Positions 34,951 to 50,860 are shown, counted from the stretch's first letter. The stretch: 64,000 nt of DNA from Paraspadella gotoi (GCA_051294375.1 CM119266.1:8811621-8875620); one strand, 5' to 3'. Translations and numbers: made by a program. Notes: a model not told the origin generated them from the sequence alone.

Positions 34951-34986
<36 letters not shown>

Positions 34987-35652
34987 AGCCGCTTTCTCCT
35001 CTGTCTCCGACGCCGCTTTAATGACCCTGGGCGCGTTTTACGCTGCGGTCACAGCGACAGGACTCCGCCGCCGCCGCGTCGTCAGCGATATCGTCGTTTG
35101 GGTCTTCGTTTATTCATTGATTGACTTCGGTTTTTGAGTCTTAACTTAACTTGCGACTAAACTTTAGGNNNNNNNNNNNNNNNNNNNNNNNNNNNNNNNN
35201 NNNNNNNNNNNNNNNNNNNNNNNNNNNNNNNNNNNNNNNNNNNNNNNNNNNNNNNNNNNNNNNNNNNNNNNNNNNNNNNNNNNNNNNNNNNNNNNNNNNN
35301 NNNNNNNNNNNNNNNNNNNNNNNNNNNNNNNNNNNNNNNNNNNNNNNNNNNNNNNNTTCCCTTCCCCCCCCTTCTCTCGGCTTTTCCTCCGCCCTTTGCT
35401 TTATTGTTCTTCTGCGCCTTTGCTTTATTGTTCCTCGGGGTCTTTTGCCTCTATCATCCCATTTCGCTTTTTCGCTTCATTGTTCGAGACGTTTTCTACA
35501 AATTTTTATCGTTCTTTTTAGCTAATTTTCCTCATATTTCGCCGGGAGATTTTTTTATTTAAAAATTCTATAGTTTTTTTTTGTTTTTTTTTTTTTTGTA
35601 ATTTACAGATGGGACTGAGTTTCCTCCGTTCGTTTTTAATGACACTTTTTTT

Positions 35653-35893
35653 GGCTCTCTTTTCCCAGAGCCCCACATTTCTGTTCATGTATCCTAGAAT
35701 TCAATTTTTACAATGATATTTAACTTAACTTAGTCCTAAACCTTAAACATTGATCCATAACTTTTAACTCTAACCCCTAACCTTAATTACTAAATTAGTC
35801 TCTAACCTTAACCTTTAACTTAATCTTTAATTAAAAAAGTTAGCCTAATTTCAAATTTAAGATAAAACGGGGCGCTTTTGGAAAATAAGGCCC
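35653..35893. mobile_element. Second copy of the TIR + telomere-like-interior MITE family
   Basis: Left end ggctctcttttcccagagccccac, right end aaaacggggcgcttttggaaaataaggccc. Interior ctaaccctaaccttaa. Confidence 0.55.
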
Positions 35894-37484
35894 TTTTTTT
35901 CGTTTTTCTCATTGACATTGGCGAAGAAAAAGTCTTTCGCGCTCAATTTTCTACCCTAACTTTAGAAGCTCGAGTTTTTCTCTTTTTCTTCTAAAGTCAC
36001 AGTGAAAGAAAACTTACCTCAGTTAATTAAAGGGGTTTAAAATCTGCTCCATCCATTTGAGCCGAAAATTTTGAATCTGTTCGGTTTACATTCTACAATG
36101 TACATTATTGAACCGCATCAACCGCATTTACTCACCTTTACAATTTGTAGATTCCTTTTAACTCATATTTCTAGACCCCCCCCCATCTGAGCTTTGTTCT
36201 CACTCGGCAGATTATTCCAGTTTTTGTTTTCACCATCACCCAACTTTTCACCCTCCATCCACCACGCGACCGCCCCTATCTTACTGCTTTCTTACCCGCT
36301 CTCTTATTCCCTCCCTGTCTCCCTCGTCCTCTCCCTCGTCCCTGCCTTCTCCCCCCCTACACATCAAGCATTCCGCGTCTTGAACGAGTTTTACCGCGAC
36401 GACGCCTTTTAGTTGTTTTATGCCGAGTTCTTGTTTTTCCTTCCGCCGCCGAGGGTAAGCGAAAAACAAATCTCTCTCTCTCTCTTCTCATCTCTCTCTC
36501 TCTCTCTCTCTCTTCATTCTTCTCTCTCTTCTACTCCTCCTTCTGTGTGTGTGTGTGTCCGACTCCACATGGCAATATGGCGAGTTTATTTAAAATCGTC
36601 ATTTGAGGCCATTCCTTTTCCAACATCACCGATTCAGTTCCTTCTTGTGGCCCGCTCGTTAAAAGAATAGTTTGAAACTTTGAAGCTGCATTAAGAAGAA
36701 GAATAGGCCTTAAAAATTGCATTGCATTGCTCATTGACGAAATGGTTAAAATAAAAAAGGGGAAAAAGAATACGCAAAGATTATTGTGCAAAATACTTTT
36801 TTTTTTTTTAATTCACATTGACCGAAAGCAAAAGTATCTAGAATATATATATCCGCTTAGTGATTTCTAGGAAATGATACGGCCAAAAATAGTTTCCCGA
36901 TCTGTTTCTTGGGTAACGGAGTGGGCCAGGGCTAGCCGACCTGGTCACCTCCCCCCTCTTCCTCCAATCCTCAAATCCCCTGACCCCCTTCCCCCTTTCT
37001 CCCGCTCTTCCTCTTTCTTCCTCTATCTTTCCCCAACCCTTTTTAAACAACATTCTGGCTGCAGCCTCTCAAAGAATTGTTGTCTGCTACCTTAAACAGC
37101 TTAGAGTAAGGTCGTCCCTTGTTGGACGAATGCCTTTCAAGTTTCAAGTCAAATCTAGTCAAAGACAGTTGGGTAGAAAAATCGAGGATCGACCTTCTTT
37201 TAATCCTTATTTTCTCCCTCCGTCGATCCTCCCGTCCACCCGTCAGTCCGTCCGTTCTTTCGTCTTGTCCCTCCCTCCATTTTCGTACTTTTCTCCTTCA
37301 ACGAGAATCGCTAATGCCGTACACTCGTCTGGCAAGAGACGCTTTGACTTCATTGAACTTTCCCATCTCAGCCGAAATGCGCGTTAAAAAAAGGGTGAGT
37401 GCTTTTCTTCGACGAAGAGAGAGAAGAAGAGAGAGAGAGAGAGAGAAAGGAGGTAGAGAGAGAGAGAGAGAGGAGAGAGCGAGA

Positions 37485-37516
<32 letters not shown>

Positions 37517-37600
37517 GAGAGAAGAAGAGGAGAGAGGGGCCTTCGGATAGGCACATTTAAGACTCCGGAGAGAGGGTCACTATAAAACGATAAAACTTCT

Positions 37601-37667
<67 letters not shown>

Positions 37668-39542
37668 ACTCTCTCTCTCTTCGTCTCTCCTCTCTCCCTC
37701 TCAGATCCTCTCCTTTCCGCAATACAATAAAAACTTCATTTGCATAGAAACGCTCTTCCATTTGTTCTCTTCATGGAACCAAAAACGTAAATACAGTTAA
37801 ATGAAAGGATCAAATACTGTGACTATATTTGTTATAGTGTAGGGAGAGACACTAACTCATCGAAGGTGGATTAAGAAAATTTGAATTAAGCACCTGCTCA
37901 AAGACAAAAATTTAGACATTTTTTTAAAAAAATTTTAATATACAAAAAATTTTAATATTAACTCACCATACTCCATATATTAATTTTTGAATATTTATTT
38001 ATAAACAGAAAAGGCTAAAAAATTTTTTATGATTTTTTTATTTTAAGATCAGATTCGGGTAGCTTGCAAAAAGTTGTCTAACACAAAGTATAATTCTTTT
38101 TTCGATATTTTGTTCATAAGTAAGTGAAAAATATGAAAAACTATTTATAATTATCATCATCATCATTTTTTGATAATTTATTATTTTTTCTTAATTTTAA
38201 CCAAGAAAACATAAACATTTTTGAAAGTTGTAGTTATATTTTTTAATTAACTTTTTATGCTCTATCAGAATCCATCAAAAAAAGTTAATATTGATTAAAA
38301 AATTTTTTTATCATTATATAGTAATATTGTAATTTTAATAGCAATAATAAAAGCATTAAAATCGAACTTTTTTAAAAAATTCTTTTTTTACCTAAAAGTA
38401 GACTTCATGACTAAAGTTTTGAACCCCCGCCCCTAATAAATTTAATTTTATAGTAGATTTCTAGTTATAGCAACTTTAGATTTTACACCCTGGTAAAAAA
38501 ATCGCTGACGTTTTTTATTTTTCAACTCCCAGTAACCCAGCTTGCTTACTTTCTTAGTTATGTGCTCATCAATGGAATGGTCGAAGTTAAAAAATCAACT
38601 TTTTTGAATTTGAATAGGACCTTCCTTTTATAAGATATATTTTTATGAAGAAAAATGAAATGTTTAAAAATTTCGGTTTATCTTACAAATAAAGACATTA
38701 AAGTATGTGTCTGAGCAATCAGAATGTCAAAAACTTTTTCACTGCCACAATGACAGCCCTTTCCATTTTATAGTTTTTTCTAGTTAAAACTTATACAAAA
38801 TAAAAATTCAGTTTAAAAAAAAATTGAAAAGAACATTGTTCTGGAAAGCGCCTGTTACCTCACTAAACATTATACTTACTAATGAATATAAAATAAATTA
38901 TAATATTCCTCTCAACTTTTTTAACAATGAGTTTGAAATTGAATTATCAAATAAGAGGGGAAAATTCTGTGAATCATATTAAGTCAGTTAAGAGTAATAA
39001 CAAATCTTTTCATTTCACTACGATTCGAACTCCGTGTATATCTTTTCAGCAAAAGTAAATGGGCGTTTCGTCGAAACCAATACATTGAGATTTCTTAGAA
39101 ATTCTTTGACATTTCTTAGAAATCCCTTGGCTTTTTCCGATGACTCCCCCGAGACAACGTCGACAGCGCATCGAGCCGATAACCGCGCGACGGAAAATCG
39201 AAAAGACGTTAAGAGAGCGAATCTCGTTTTTTTTTTTTTTTTTTGCGCTCGCGGGAAAGCGACGCGTCGTCACTCGCGGGTCCAAAATTCGATTATTTCT
39301 CTTTCCCGCGAGACGTCATCAGAGTCGAACGACGGAAGCGTCAAACGGCGAAGTTGATTAGCGTCGCCGGTGGTAGATGTCGTTGTTGTTGTCGTCGTCG
39401 TCAGTTGTCGTTCCGTGACGGCGACGATTATGTTTTCACGCTTGGAAAATTATTCACGTCTCTTTGCGCGTTTATCGATTCTCGCCGTTTTGATTTCGAT
39501 GAGAACAAAAAGAGAGAGAGAGAGAGAGAGAGAGAAGAGAGA

Positions 39543-39580
<38 letters not shown>

Positions 39581-42500
39581 AGAGGAGAAGAAGAAGAGAG
39601 GGGGGTGAGAATTAACTCCTTATTTCTCCTCTCACTCCAGAGCGAACTCCCTCTCCTCTCTCATTCCTCTCTCTCTCTCTCTTCTCTCTCTCTTCTCTCT
39701 CTCGCTCTCTCTCTTCTTTTCTCGTCTCTCTGCTTTACTCTCTCTCCTGAGTCTTCTCATTGTCTCTTCTCTCTCGCCCGGTAGCGGTTCGTGTCTAGTT
39801 TTGGGTTCTGGTCTCCTGCTTGCGTGCTTTGTTGGTGATAGTGATCGTGGGTGCTTCTGGATCTGGATCGCCCATGTAGTTATCGGGTCGCTTCGTGAAT
39901 CTCCTGTCTATTCTCTCCATCTCTCTCTCTATCCGTGGTCTTTGTCTCGTTCCTGAATGCTTTTATCCGTTGGGGCCGCGCGCGTGCTGTCCGTGTAATA
40001 TAGAGCTCGGAGCGTGGGCTCGGTGTTTCACGTACAGGAGAGAGAGCGAGTGCGTTTTTTTTCTCGGATCGAATGGCTATTATCGGGGTTTTCTATGTAA
40101 TAGATCATTGGCGCCCTCTCGTCGTTCATGGCTTTCTGTTGCCCTCTTTCTCGTGCCCGTCTCTCTACTATCTCTCTCTCATTGCTCGTCTCTCTCTCCT
40201 CTCTCTCTTCTTCTCCCTCGCTCTCTCATCATCTCCCTACGACTTTTAATTAGAAGTCGATGAGGGAGTGGCGAAGATGGAAAGAGAAATAACCATTATA
40301 TTAAATAAAAGCATAGAAGACGATAAAAAGATGAAAGAAAAAACTGAGTTGGGGGAGAACTAAACATCGCTCGTTTTCAAAAGTTTCTCTGCGGCTGAGA
40401 TCGTTGGAGGGCATATACTTGCAAGTTCTGCACAGAACCCGAAGTTTCGGTCACTGCTATGATTGTTTTCGGCTGCCGGGCTATGTTTGTTCTGCCTCCG
40501 TCCGCGGGCTCAGGTCGCGACCTGTCCGAATCCTGACGCCCCGTACGGATACAATTTTTTTCTCTTCGATCTATCTCTTCAGCTTCCCATCTCACGCCGT
40601 CGGCATCTGAATCAGAGTCCGCCATACGACGGAGCTGAAAGTCGCGGATAAGAGACCTCTTCTGCTTTCTTTCCTTTAATCCCAAAGTGAAAAAAGAATG
40701 AATAAAAATAAAAGTTATTATTTTTAAACACCCTATTCATTTTAGATTTTAATTTCTTTTCTATATTTCAATTATTATTTTTTACTTTCTATCTTCCATG
40801 ATTTCTGAATTTTTTTGACTTTATTCTTTTTTCCTTAATTTTGTTTAACATTTTTTTCTTTTTATTTCATCTTGTTCAATGGTATAAATATTTTTTAACC
40901 TGAACCAAAAAAGATATATTTTACAATTTGTTATATAAATGATTTTAAAAATAATTAAAAAAGAAATACAGGCTGACAATAGCTTAGCCTAAGCTTAGGT
41001 CCTAAGTTAGGAATTCCCAGACAACTGTTTGCTCGGGCTTTTGGTTTGCAGCTTTGCCCCATCTCCTAGTAAAGGCGACCTCGTCAGAAACAATTTGGTG
41101 CAAAGACAGCTTTCCCAGACAAAAGATATCGTTAAACAACTTTGCTACAACTTTTTTTTTACAAAAATATATTTTAGCTAATCGAATTAAAAATTAAAAG
41201 GAAATAAATCAACCTAAATGTTTACTTATTCTTTCATCAATCGCTTATTAACTCATTTAATTAACAATAAAATCTTGAAATTATAAAACTATATATAAAA
41301 TAATTGCAACAAATTTTGCTTTGTTTCATCACTTTCAGGTTGATCTATGCTTTTTTCTGTCTTAATCTTATTTTTTAAATTTTTGTATTATTAATATAAT
41401 ATTTCATAGAAAGTAAGTAAAAAGAATTTTCCGTCCGCGACGGCGACGATGCTCCGGACGTAGTCCTATTGATTCGCGGATTTCTCCGAGCAGAGTTTTT
41501 TTCTCTCGATCCGCGACCTCGAGTCCGGCGGCAAAGATTGGCCGGTCGAACGAGTGGTCCGGCCATGATGGACAAAAGGCGTCGTGGCCAGAACACCCGT
41601 GGCTTCCTAGCCGCAGAATGGCTCGGAGTAAAGGCCATGGTCGTTAGAGAAATCCCTGGGTGCAAAGAACGGGAGATAAATTTAAAGGAGGAGATTAAAT
41701 AAAAAGTAAATAAACAATAAATAATAAACAAAAAATGAAATTAATTTTTTCTTTCTTTTTAAAGACATCGGAGATCCTTTGAAAACTATATTCTTTTATT
41801 GTCTCACACCGGAGAGAAATGTTTTTTTTTTTATTTAACTCTTTTGTATTTTCGAAAATTAATTGTTTCGACATTAAGCTAATTATTATTTAATCGTACC
41901 GTGTTTACGATCCAGAAGCCAATTTACGTATTCAAAAATAATTGATCGAAACTTAATTAGGATAAAATAATGCGAATTAGAAACTTTGGTCCTTTGTATG
42001 ACTTTGTTGCCAAGAATAACGGCCTGATTTTAAACACTTAATTTCATAAATAAATTATAGGTTTTTATCCTAGTTTTTTTTGTTGATTGATGGAATTCTC
42101 GACGGCCAAAGCTCAGCTTTACTTACCTTTTTTTCCCGCGAAAAAATTCTCGTTTTTTCTCCATTTCCCCTCCCCCTCTCCAAAAATATGATGACCGGAA
42201 AATATTTTCTCTACGATAAATGACCAAAACATAATCCCCCAACTGACGTCAAATAAAACTTTGCTTGCTACATGTCCAATATAAAGCAGAGTAAAACAAT
42301 GGGATTTACTCTCTCTTTCTCTCTTTGTAAAAATATTGAAACCCGTTGAAAATGTTAAGACGAAATAGACTTAGTCAAAATATACTTAAACATTTAATTA
42401 TAGCAAAAACATTATAACTTTTAACATTTCATTATTTAACTCCCCAACTCTCAAAATCTCCAGACGACAGAATCACATCCACTTAAATCTCTTCGGCTCC

Positions 42501-43278
42501 AGAAAACATTATTCTGCCTGCCCTCACCTTTTTTTTGAATGGATACAAAGCAATCTCTTCTCTCCTCTCTCATTCTCTTCTCTCCTCTCTCTCTCCTCTC
42601 GTCTCGTTCTCTCTCTGCTCCGTCTCTCTCCCTACCTCTTCTCTCTTTTCTCGTCTCTTCTCTTCACATTCCATACACATCCATGGCAAGACAGACTTTT
42701 GTCATTTTTTTTTATCCGCCGTAGGGGTTTTATATTCTTTCTCTTTTCCTCCTAATCCTTTCTCTCTTCCTCTTTTTTAAAAAATTACTTTTCTTTTCTA
42801 TTTGTTCTGTTTTGTTTTTTTCAAGTGGTTAGATCTATTCGGCTTTCCCCAGTTTCAAGGTCAACCACGAATTTCTCTTCCGTCGTAATGAAGCGCAATA
42901 GAAGAGATTCCTCTATCCTCTCTTCTGTTTCTCTCATCTCTTCTCCTCTCTTCCTCTACCGTCTCTCTATCGTCTCCCTCTCTGTCTCTCTCAAATCCCA
43001 TCTCGTCGTTCTTCTTCCTCATCCTCTCTCTCTCTCTCCGTCGTCTCTCTTCTCTTCTCTCCTGTCCGATCGCCCCCCAATAAATCTCTTTCTTCCTGCC
43101 TTTTCATGAAAGAACCGGTTTTCTTCTTTCGTAAAGAAAAAAAAGAAATAATTCTCTGTTTTTTTTGTTGCCTACGAAAAAGTAAAACAAATATGAGTTC
43201 CATGTAAACGGAAAAGCGGTGGTACGACGATCAAACGACGACGACTACAAGCGAAGCAAAAAACACACGCCGCGTGTC

Positions 43279-43362
<84 letters not shown>

Positions 43363-44220
43363 AGAGAGACACGTAGCGATGAAGGACGCGACGAGCGACG
43401 ACGATGAACGAAGTCTTCTCCGAGTCTGACTTGTCTCCCTCTCCCTCTTCCTTCATTCCTCCTTCCCTCCTCCTCCTTCCCTCTGCTTCCTCTTACTCCC
43501 TTTCCTCCTCTTTTCTTTTGCTTCTTTTCCCTCGTCAGATGCACGGTTGATCAACTGAAAAAAGAGAAGAAAAAAAATATGTTGAAGTATTTTATTTTCC
43601 AATTTTTTTTTTTGTTCAACTGCGAAGCAGATGTTTTGCGCCTTAATTGGTCTTTGTTTTTGTCACTATGGTGGCGGCTGGTTATCTGTCTCTCTCTCCT
43701 CTCTCGTTCGATCTCCTCTTCTGTCTCTCTCTCCTGTATCTCGTCTCCTCTCTCTCTCTCTCTCGTCTCTCTCTCGATCTCTCGTCTCTCTTCGTCTCTC
43801 TCTGTCGTCTCTCTCGTCTCTTCTGTACAACGCTAATTCTACTTGTCAACAGCACGTTTAATACCGTGCCTCGCGCTGGTAGTTTCGCTTATAGTTATAA
43901 CTTATATGTGTTGTGTTTTGTTGCTTTTTTTATCCCAAGAAATAAAGCCGCACTTTTAATATCCAAGAACCTTTTTTTCTTTCCTTTTTTCTATCTTTAA
44001 TTTTCTTTCTGTCTAATCATTTCCTGGTTTTTCATTTCAACTTTTTCTCATTCATTCCAATCCTTTCCATTTTTTTCTTTCCTTTTTTTTCTCCTTTTTC
44101 CACCCTTTCTTTTTAAAATTCTCCATTTCCTGCAACCAGTGTTTTCTCGTCTTTTCTTTTCCTCCCTTTTTTTTTTATTTCAGTCGCCCCGGTTTCTTTT
44201 CCTCTACAATTTTTTTTCGA

Positions 44221-44259
<39 letters not shown>

Positions 44260-44419
44260 CTTCCTCTCTCTCTCTCTCTCTCTCTCTCTACTCTCTCTCT
44301 CTCTGTCTCTCTCTCTCTCTCCAGAACTTTTCATGTGTTTGCTGTCGGGTTCGGGGTCAAAAAGTTCAAAATGTTGTTTTTAAAGGAACATTACCAAATA
44401 CGCATACAATTTTAAAAAA

Positions 44420-44493
44420 TTTTGTTTTTTCGACCCGTATCTTTTAATGGAAAGAAGCTATAAGCCCGCTTAATCATTTATCATGTTATCTTC

Positions 44494-44525
<32 letters not shown>

Positions 44526-46005
44526 GTGCTTCTCTTTTCCCCCTATTCTTTGCGAAAAAGTTTCCCCTTGTTCTCCCCTTCAATATTTCTGTCTTTCCCA
44601 ATTCACTTCTTTAACAATTTTTAATCCCGTTTTTTATGCCTCACGTTAAAAGCGTCAATATAACTTTTTTCATTCTTTTCCCTTCTCTCTCTCTCTCTCT
44701 CTCTCGTCTCTCGTCTTCTCTCTCCTCTCTCCACTCTCTCTCTCTCTCTTCTCTCATCTCTCCACTCACATTTAATACCACTGATCACCAAAATCAACAC
44801 TACCTAATCTAAAGAAATTTCTTAAGAAGATCACAACATTCCCAGTTTTTAATCCTGCATGGAATTTCATCATTTTTCATTGAATCACGATTTTCTCTAG
44901 ATCTCTTTCCTTCTATATCTTCTCTTTATCCTTTTTATTTCCATAATGCTTTCCTTTCTTTTCCCGCTACTTCCTTTACTTTCTTTACTTTTACTTTTCT
45001 TCCTGCCATCTTTTTCTTCCTTTTCCTTCTCTATTCCATTCCTTTTTTTTCCCCCTTTATTTTTCGTTTGCCTTTCCTTTTCTTCCTTTTCTTTGATTCC
45101 CTGGCCCTTTTCCTTTCCCTTTTTCCTTTTTTATCTTTTAGTTCCTTCACTTCCCTTCCCCTTTATATCTTTTCTTTACCTTCCTGTCCCTTTGCTTCGT
45201 TCATCTTCCTGTCTTCTCTCCATCAAAATTCCTCCTTCCTTCCTTTCCTTCTTTAATATCTCCTTTTCTCTCTTCCTTCCAGCCTACGCGGAAAATCGGA
45301 GGGCATATTATTTACTCTCTTCTCTCTCTCTCCCTTTTGCTTCCTGTCTTTTTACTTTTTTTCTTCTCTTATCTCTTCGCTTCTTTTCCTCAGTCATCTG
45401 TAGTCGATCGTTTTTCGCGTGCCTCCTCGTTTCTTTTCCTTTTATTTTTTTACTTTTTCTTCTAAAGATTTCTTCGTTTATTCAAAAGTTTTTATGATAT
45501 GTCTTCATTTATTATGATCTTATAGTTATCGGTTCATTTTATTGTATTATATTCTTTTTTTGATTTGTGTTTCACAGGGACCAGCACCAAATAAACTGCA
45601 CACATTTAACCCACTTTTTGGTGTCATAGTAAAAATTACTAAAGTTGATTAATGCCTCCATTTATTAATCTTGAATATTGAAACTTTTTTTTCACTTAAT
45701 GTTGTCAAAAATCTTCTCTCCTTTTCTCATCTATTTCTTTGTCTCGCTTCCCATTTCATCCTATCTCTTTTCCACTTCTCTTTCTATTCCCCCTTTGCGG
45801 ATCGGTCATTGTTTCCATTCTCTCCTTCTTTGTCTCCTTCTCTTCTCTCTCATTGTCTTGTCTCCTGCCCATCAATTGTTGTTATCAGCGACTCTAGATT
45901 GGCCTTCGGTCGGCTCAACTGACTCTAGCGTTGCTTTCCAAGTTTTTTTTTTCGGCTACATAGGGGCGTTTTTTTCTGTTCATCTAAAGTCTGTTTTCCA
46001 ACCGC

Positions 46006-46048
<43 letters not shown>

Positions 46049-48610
46049 CCCTCCCCCACTTCCCTCTCTCCCACTCTCTCACCACACCATCACTCAATTC
46101 GACCTCTCTTCTTTTATAATAGTTCCTCTAACTTTTTTTCTTTTCCTTCCTTTTCAAACGATCTTTTGCCAAGATCTCTCTTTTCTTTTCTTTTTCCCTG
46201 CGGACAGGCGAGGCCTCCATTTTTTTTCATTTCTTTTCGTTTTCTTCCATTTTCCGTCTTTTTCCATTTTGTCTTACCCAATCGTTACTACTTACCCTCA
46301 GCCTTCACCCTCGTTCGTGATTTTGGGTCAGACCGTCCCGAAGTGAAGAAGCCCTCGTCGTCCGTCGTTCGTCGTCGTCCGTTCGGTCGTGTCGTCCAAT
46401 CATCGGTCGTTCGGCATTAAACCGCTTTCGGGAGTTGAAAGCCGGCGTGCAGCCCGGCGTTCACACGTCAGCGAACGTGACTTTCTCCGCTTCTTGTGAT
46501 TCTCACGCAATGGAGGCGAAAAAGAAGTGTGAGACGTCGAAAAATGATCGACGGGTAATTTGTGAACCTCACCTTTTTTAAGCGTGACTCTGTGCGGAAC
46601 GTTTTGCTTACCAAAGACTTTCACTTGCTGTGTTGTTATCCTTGTAATGGGCATGGCAGGGCCCTAAACCACTATATCCTGTTCCCAAGCTTAGAGGCAA
46701 GATAGTTTCAATTTAGTGAATAAGGATGGAACATATTTGTTTTACTATCCCATATGGTAGAATCAATTGCAATCGGTGTTAGCAAAAAGTTAGTATGTCT
46801 ATTCATAGGAAACATTTTTTGCGGGACTGAAAGAGTTTGTGAGAGCATACCAAAAGACTGCGGGGGTGCTTACTTGCTAAGAGAGAGAGGAAAAGAGAGA
46901 GAGAGAGAGATGAGAGAGGAGAGAGAGAGAGAGAGAGAGAGCGAGAAGAGAGAGAGGAGGAGAGCGAGGTGAGAGAGAGAGAGGAGAGATGCCCATCGGG
47001 GAAATTCTTGCAGATATCCTTCCTTTAAAAAAAAGATTCCTTTCAAAAAATCTTTGAACCTTTGAAATTGCCTCGGCCTAAAAAGTTTCTCTTTCCCCAA
47101 GACATTTTCGTTTAGAAATTCAGAGGCCTTAAAATCACGTTCACACCCTCCCGACTAAACATCAGCCGCGTTTAAACCAACCTGCAAGATGGACGTTAAC
47201 TGTTCTACGGACGTTACTACTCGAAAAAGCGTAGGCTCGCGCGCCTCTTATCTTTTTCAGAAGGCGCCAGTTTTTATCGTTCTCGCACGTTAAAACGGAA
47301 TTCTTTTTCTTTGGCGAACCGAAAAAAAAACACGAGCGATGGTGAGGACGTCTTAGACGGTTTTTCAGTGCTGAGAATTAAAAAGAAAAAAATTTTGTAT
47401 GATAATTGTATATAAAAGGGAGAGTTTAACTAACAAAATTGAAAGGCTATCCCTTAGGACTGGATGCTGATTTGCTGTTGAGAGGAGGAGAGAGAGAGGG
47501 AGAGGAGAGAGAGAAGAGGAAGAGAGAGAGAGAGAGAGAGAGTAGAAGAGAGAGAGAGAGAGAGAGAGCAGAGAGTCTCCTACCTCACGTCGTTTTTCAG
47601 ATTTGTTGAAAAAGCGAAGAAAGGACTTCCTAAAATGAAGATAGTTTCTCATGGTTAAAAAACTATGATATATAATTTATACTGAAACAGTAATTTTACT
47701 AAAAATTGAGAATAAAATCAGGAATTTTTGTACAAGTGTAGGCGTCTCAGGCGGACCATATATTTTTTGTTCCTATTCATAATTGACATCAGGTTTTTGT
47801 TTCTTTTTTTTCTTTTTTAGGAAGTATTTTATTTAACGATAAGAACAATAAATTGGTGATACGATGCTAAAAGATTAAAATTACCTATAGATGACATTTT
47901 TCAACTTTTTTCCCAGGAAGCCTTTCTCATCTTCAAGTGATTAAAGTACATATAGGATGACCCATAGATGAACATTTTTCAACTTTTTCCAAGACCTTTC
48001 TTTCATTCTTCAAGGTGAATTTCTGAAAGTTCGCTTTCATCGCGACTCAAAAAAATTGAAAAAAAAAAAAAAATATTTTGCTGGAATTTGGTGAGGAAAA
48101 AATTTAAAACAAACGGAAGATCAAAATATTTTCCATTCTCTTTTTCCCTCACGCGAATCTTTTTCCGCTTCCATCGAGAAGCAAAAATTTAAAATTCGAA
48201 ATTTTCGAAAAAAAAAAAAAATAGAAAAAAAAAATTAATAAAAAAACTTTTTAAAAAAAAATTTAACAATTTAAAAACAAGTTTTTAATCTCCTTTCCCT
48301 TTCTTCTTTTTTAATTATCATTCAAGTCTTCGTCTTTCCCTAAATCCAAACTTATTTCTTCCTTCTTTATCTTTCCACCAATCATCGATCGGCAAGCTCC
48401 GGGTCACGTTGATCCGGAACATTTTCCTCTCCCCGGAATGCTAATTTCCAGCTCGGATAAAAGTCGTTTCCGTATTTTCCCCGTTTCTTTTTTTCGTCAC
48501 CGTCGTTAAGAACGCTACTTCAATTCGAAGAGAAACGTTTCCTCTTCTCGAATGACTCGGATTCATCTCATTTATTTTTTCACCTGGCAGTTGGAAGACT
48601 CTCTCTCTCT

Positions 48611-48646
<36 letters not shown>

Positions 48647-50860
48647 GCCAAGGATCCTCGTGTCCCGAGGATTAACATTCTAAATTCGAGGAAACTCCCT
48701 CCAATTTCGATAATGCCGATGCTAGTGATCCAAAATCATTTTTTAGGAGCGGCTCAACACCTTTGTTTGGGGAAGGGTAGAATAGGATATCGCCATGCAT
48801 CTTCACATAAGCACGAATCCTGATGGGAAATATCCCTCGCTACGGATTTAAACGCGTCCATCGCATTGAATTACAGTTCGAAAATATTCTCCAACTGTAA
48901 TGTATATATATATATATATAATTGTATCTTTCATTGACTTAAAGTTTTGACAAATCCGTTTATTTTTTTTTTATGTTAGGTTCGAACCAACCATCTCAAA
49001 ATTAAACTGGTACCTAAAGAAAAATTATAAAAGGAAAAAATCTGCAGAGAAAAAAAATGAAAAAAGGCACGAGGTTTTTGCATGACCGTCGGTAAGCGGG
49101 TTAAAAAAAAAAAGGAACATAAATAGGCATTTTCTAAGAAAAAAAAAGTGGTGAAAAAAAGTAAATAAAGCGAATACAAATTTAAAAAACATAAATCGGA
49201 ACTATCGTATCTATGATGAATATATTCCATTCCTAAACCGGATTTCTCGTTTTCATTTCCCGCGACGAATTAATAAAAAAAAGAAAAGAAGAAAATTAAT
49301 AAAAGAAGAAAATTTGAAAAATCTCTCCCTTTTTTNNNNNNNNNNNNNNNNNNNNNNNNNATTTTGTTTTTTCGACCAACGTATCTCTTTAATGAAAGAG
49401 CCTATAAGCCGCTTAATCATTTATCATTTATCTCTCTCTCTCTCTCTCTCTCTCTNNNNNNNNNNNNNNNNNNNNNNNNNNNNNNNNNNNNNNNNNNNNN
49501 NNNNNNNNNNNNNNNNNNNNNNNNNNNNNNNNNNNNNNNNNNNNNNNNNNNNNNNNNNNNNNNNNNNNNNNNNNNNNNNNNNNNNNNNNNNNNNNNNNNN
49601 NNNNNNNNNNNNNNNNNNNNNNNNNNNNNNNNNNNNNNNNNNNNNNNNNNNNNNNNNNNNNNNTCTCTCTCTCTCTCTCTCTCTCTCTCACTCACATTAA
49701 TACACTATCACCAAATCAACACCTACCTATTTCTAAGAAATTCTTAAGAGATCACAAAATTCCCAGTTTTTATCCTGCATGAATTTCATCATTTTTCATG
49801 AATCACGATTTTCTCTAGATCTCTTTCCTTCTATATTCCTTTCCTCTTTATCCTTTTATTTCCTAATCTTTCCTTTCTTTTCCCGCTATTTCCTTTACTT
49901 TTCTTTACTTACTTTTTTCTTCCTCATCTTTTTCTTCCTTTCCTTCTCTATTCCATTCCTTTTTTTTCCCTTTATTTTCTTTTCCTTTCCTTTTCTTTCC
50001 TTTTCTTTGATTCCCTTCCCTTTCCTTTCCTTTTTTCCTTTTTATCTTTTATTTCCTTTCACTCCCTTCCCCTTTATATCTTTTCTTTCCTTCCTTCCCT
50101 TTGCTTCTTCATCTTCCTTCTTCTTCCATCAAATCTCCCTTCCTTCCTTTCCTTCTTTAATATCTCCTTTTCTCCTCTCCTTCCAGCCTACGCGGAAAAT
50201 CGAGGCTATTTTTATCTCTCTCTCTCTCTCCCTTTTTCTTTCCTTCTTTTTCTTTTTTCTTCTCTTATCTCTTTCCTTCTTTTCCTCAGTCATCTGTAGT
50301 CGATCGTTTTTCGCGCCTCCTCGTTTCTTTTCCTTTTATTTTTTTCTTTTTTCTTCTTAAAGATTCTTCTTTATTCAAAAGTTTTTATGATATGTCTTCA
50401 TTTATTATATCTTATATTTATCGTTCATTTATTGTATTATATTCTTTTGATTGTGTTCACAGGACAGCACAAATAAACTCACACATTAACCCACTTTTTG
50501 GTGTCATAGTTAAAAATTACTAAAGTTATTAATGCTCATTTATTAATCTATGAATATGTAAACTTTTTTTTCACTTAATTTGTCAAATCTTCTCTCCTTT
50601 TCTCATCTATTTCTTTGTCTCCTTCCATTCATCCTTCTCTTTTCACTTCTCTTTCTATTCCCCCTTGCGGATCGTCATTGTTTCCATTCTCTCCTTCTTT
50701 GTCTCCTTCTCTTCTCTCTCATTGTTTGTCTCCTGCCCATCATTGTTGTTTCAGCGACTCTAGATTGGCTTCGTCGGCTCAACTGACTCTAGCGTCTGCT
50801 TTCCAAGTTTTTTTTTCGCTACTAGGGGCGTTTTTTCTGTTCATCTAATCTGTTTTCCAA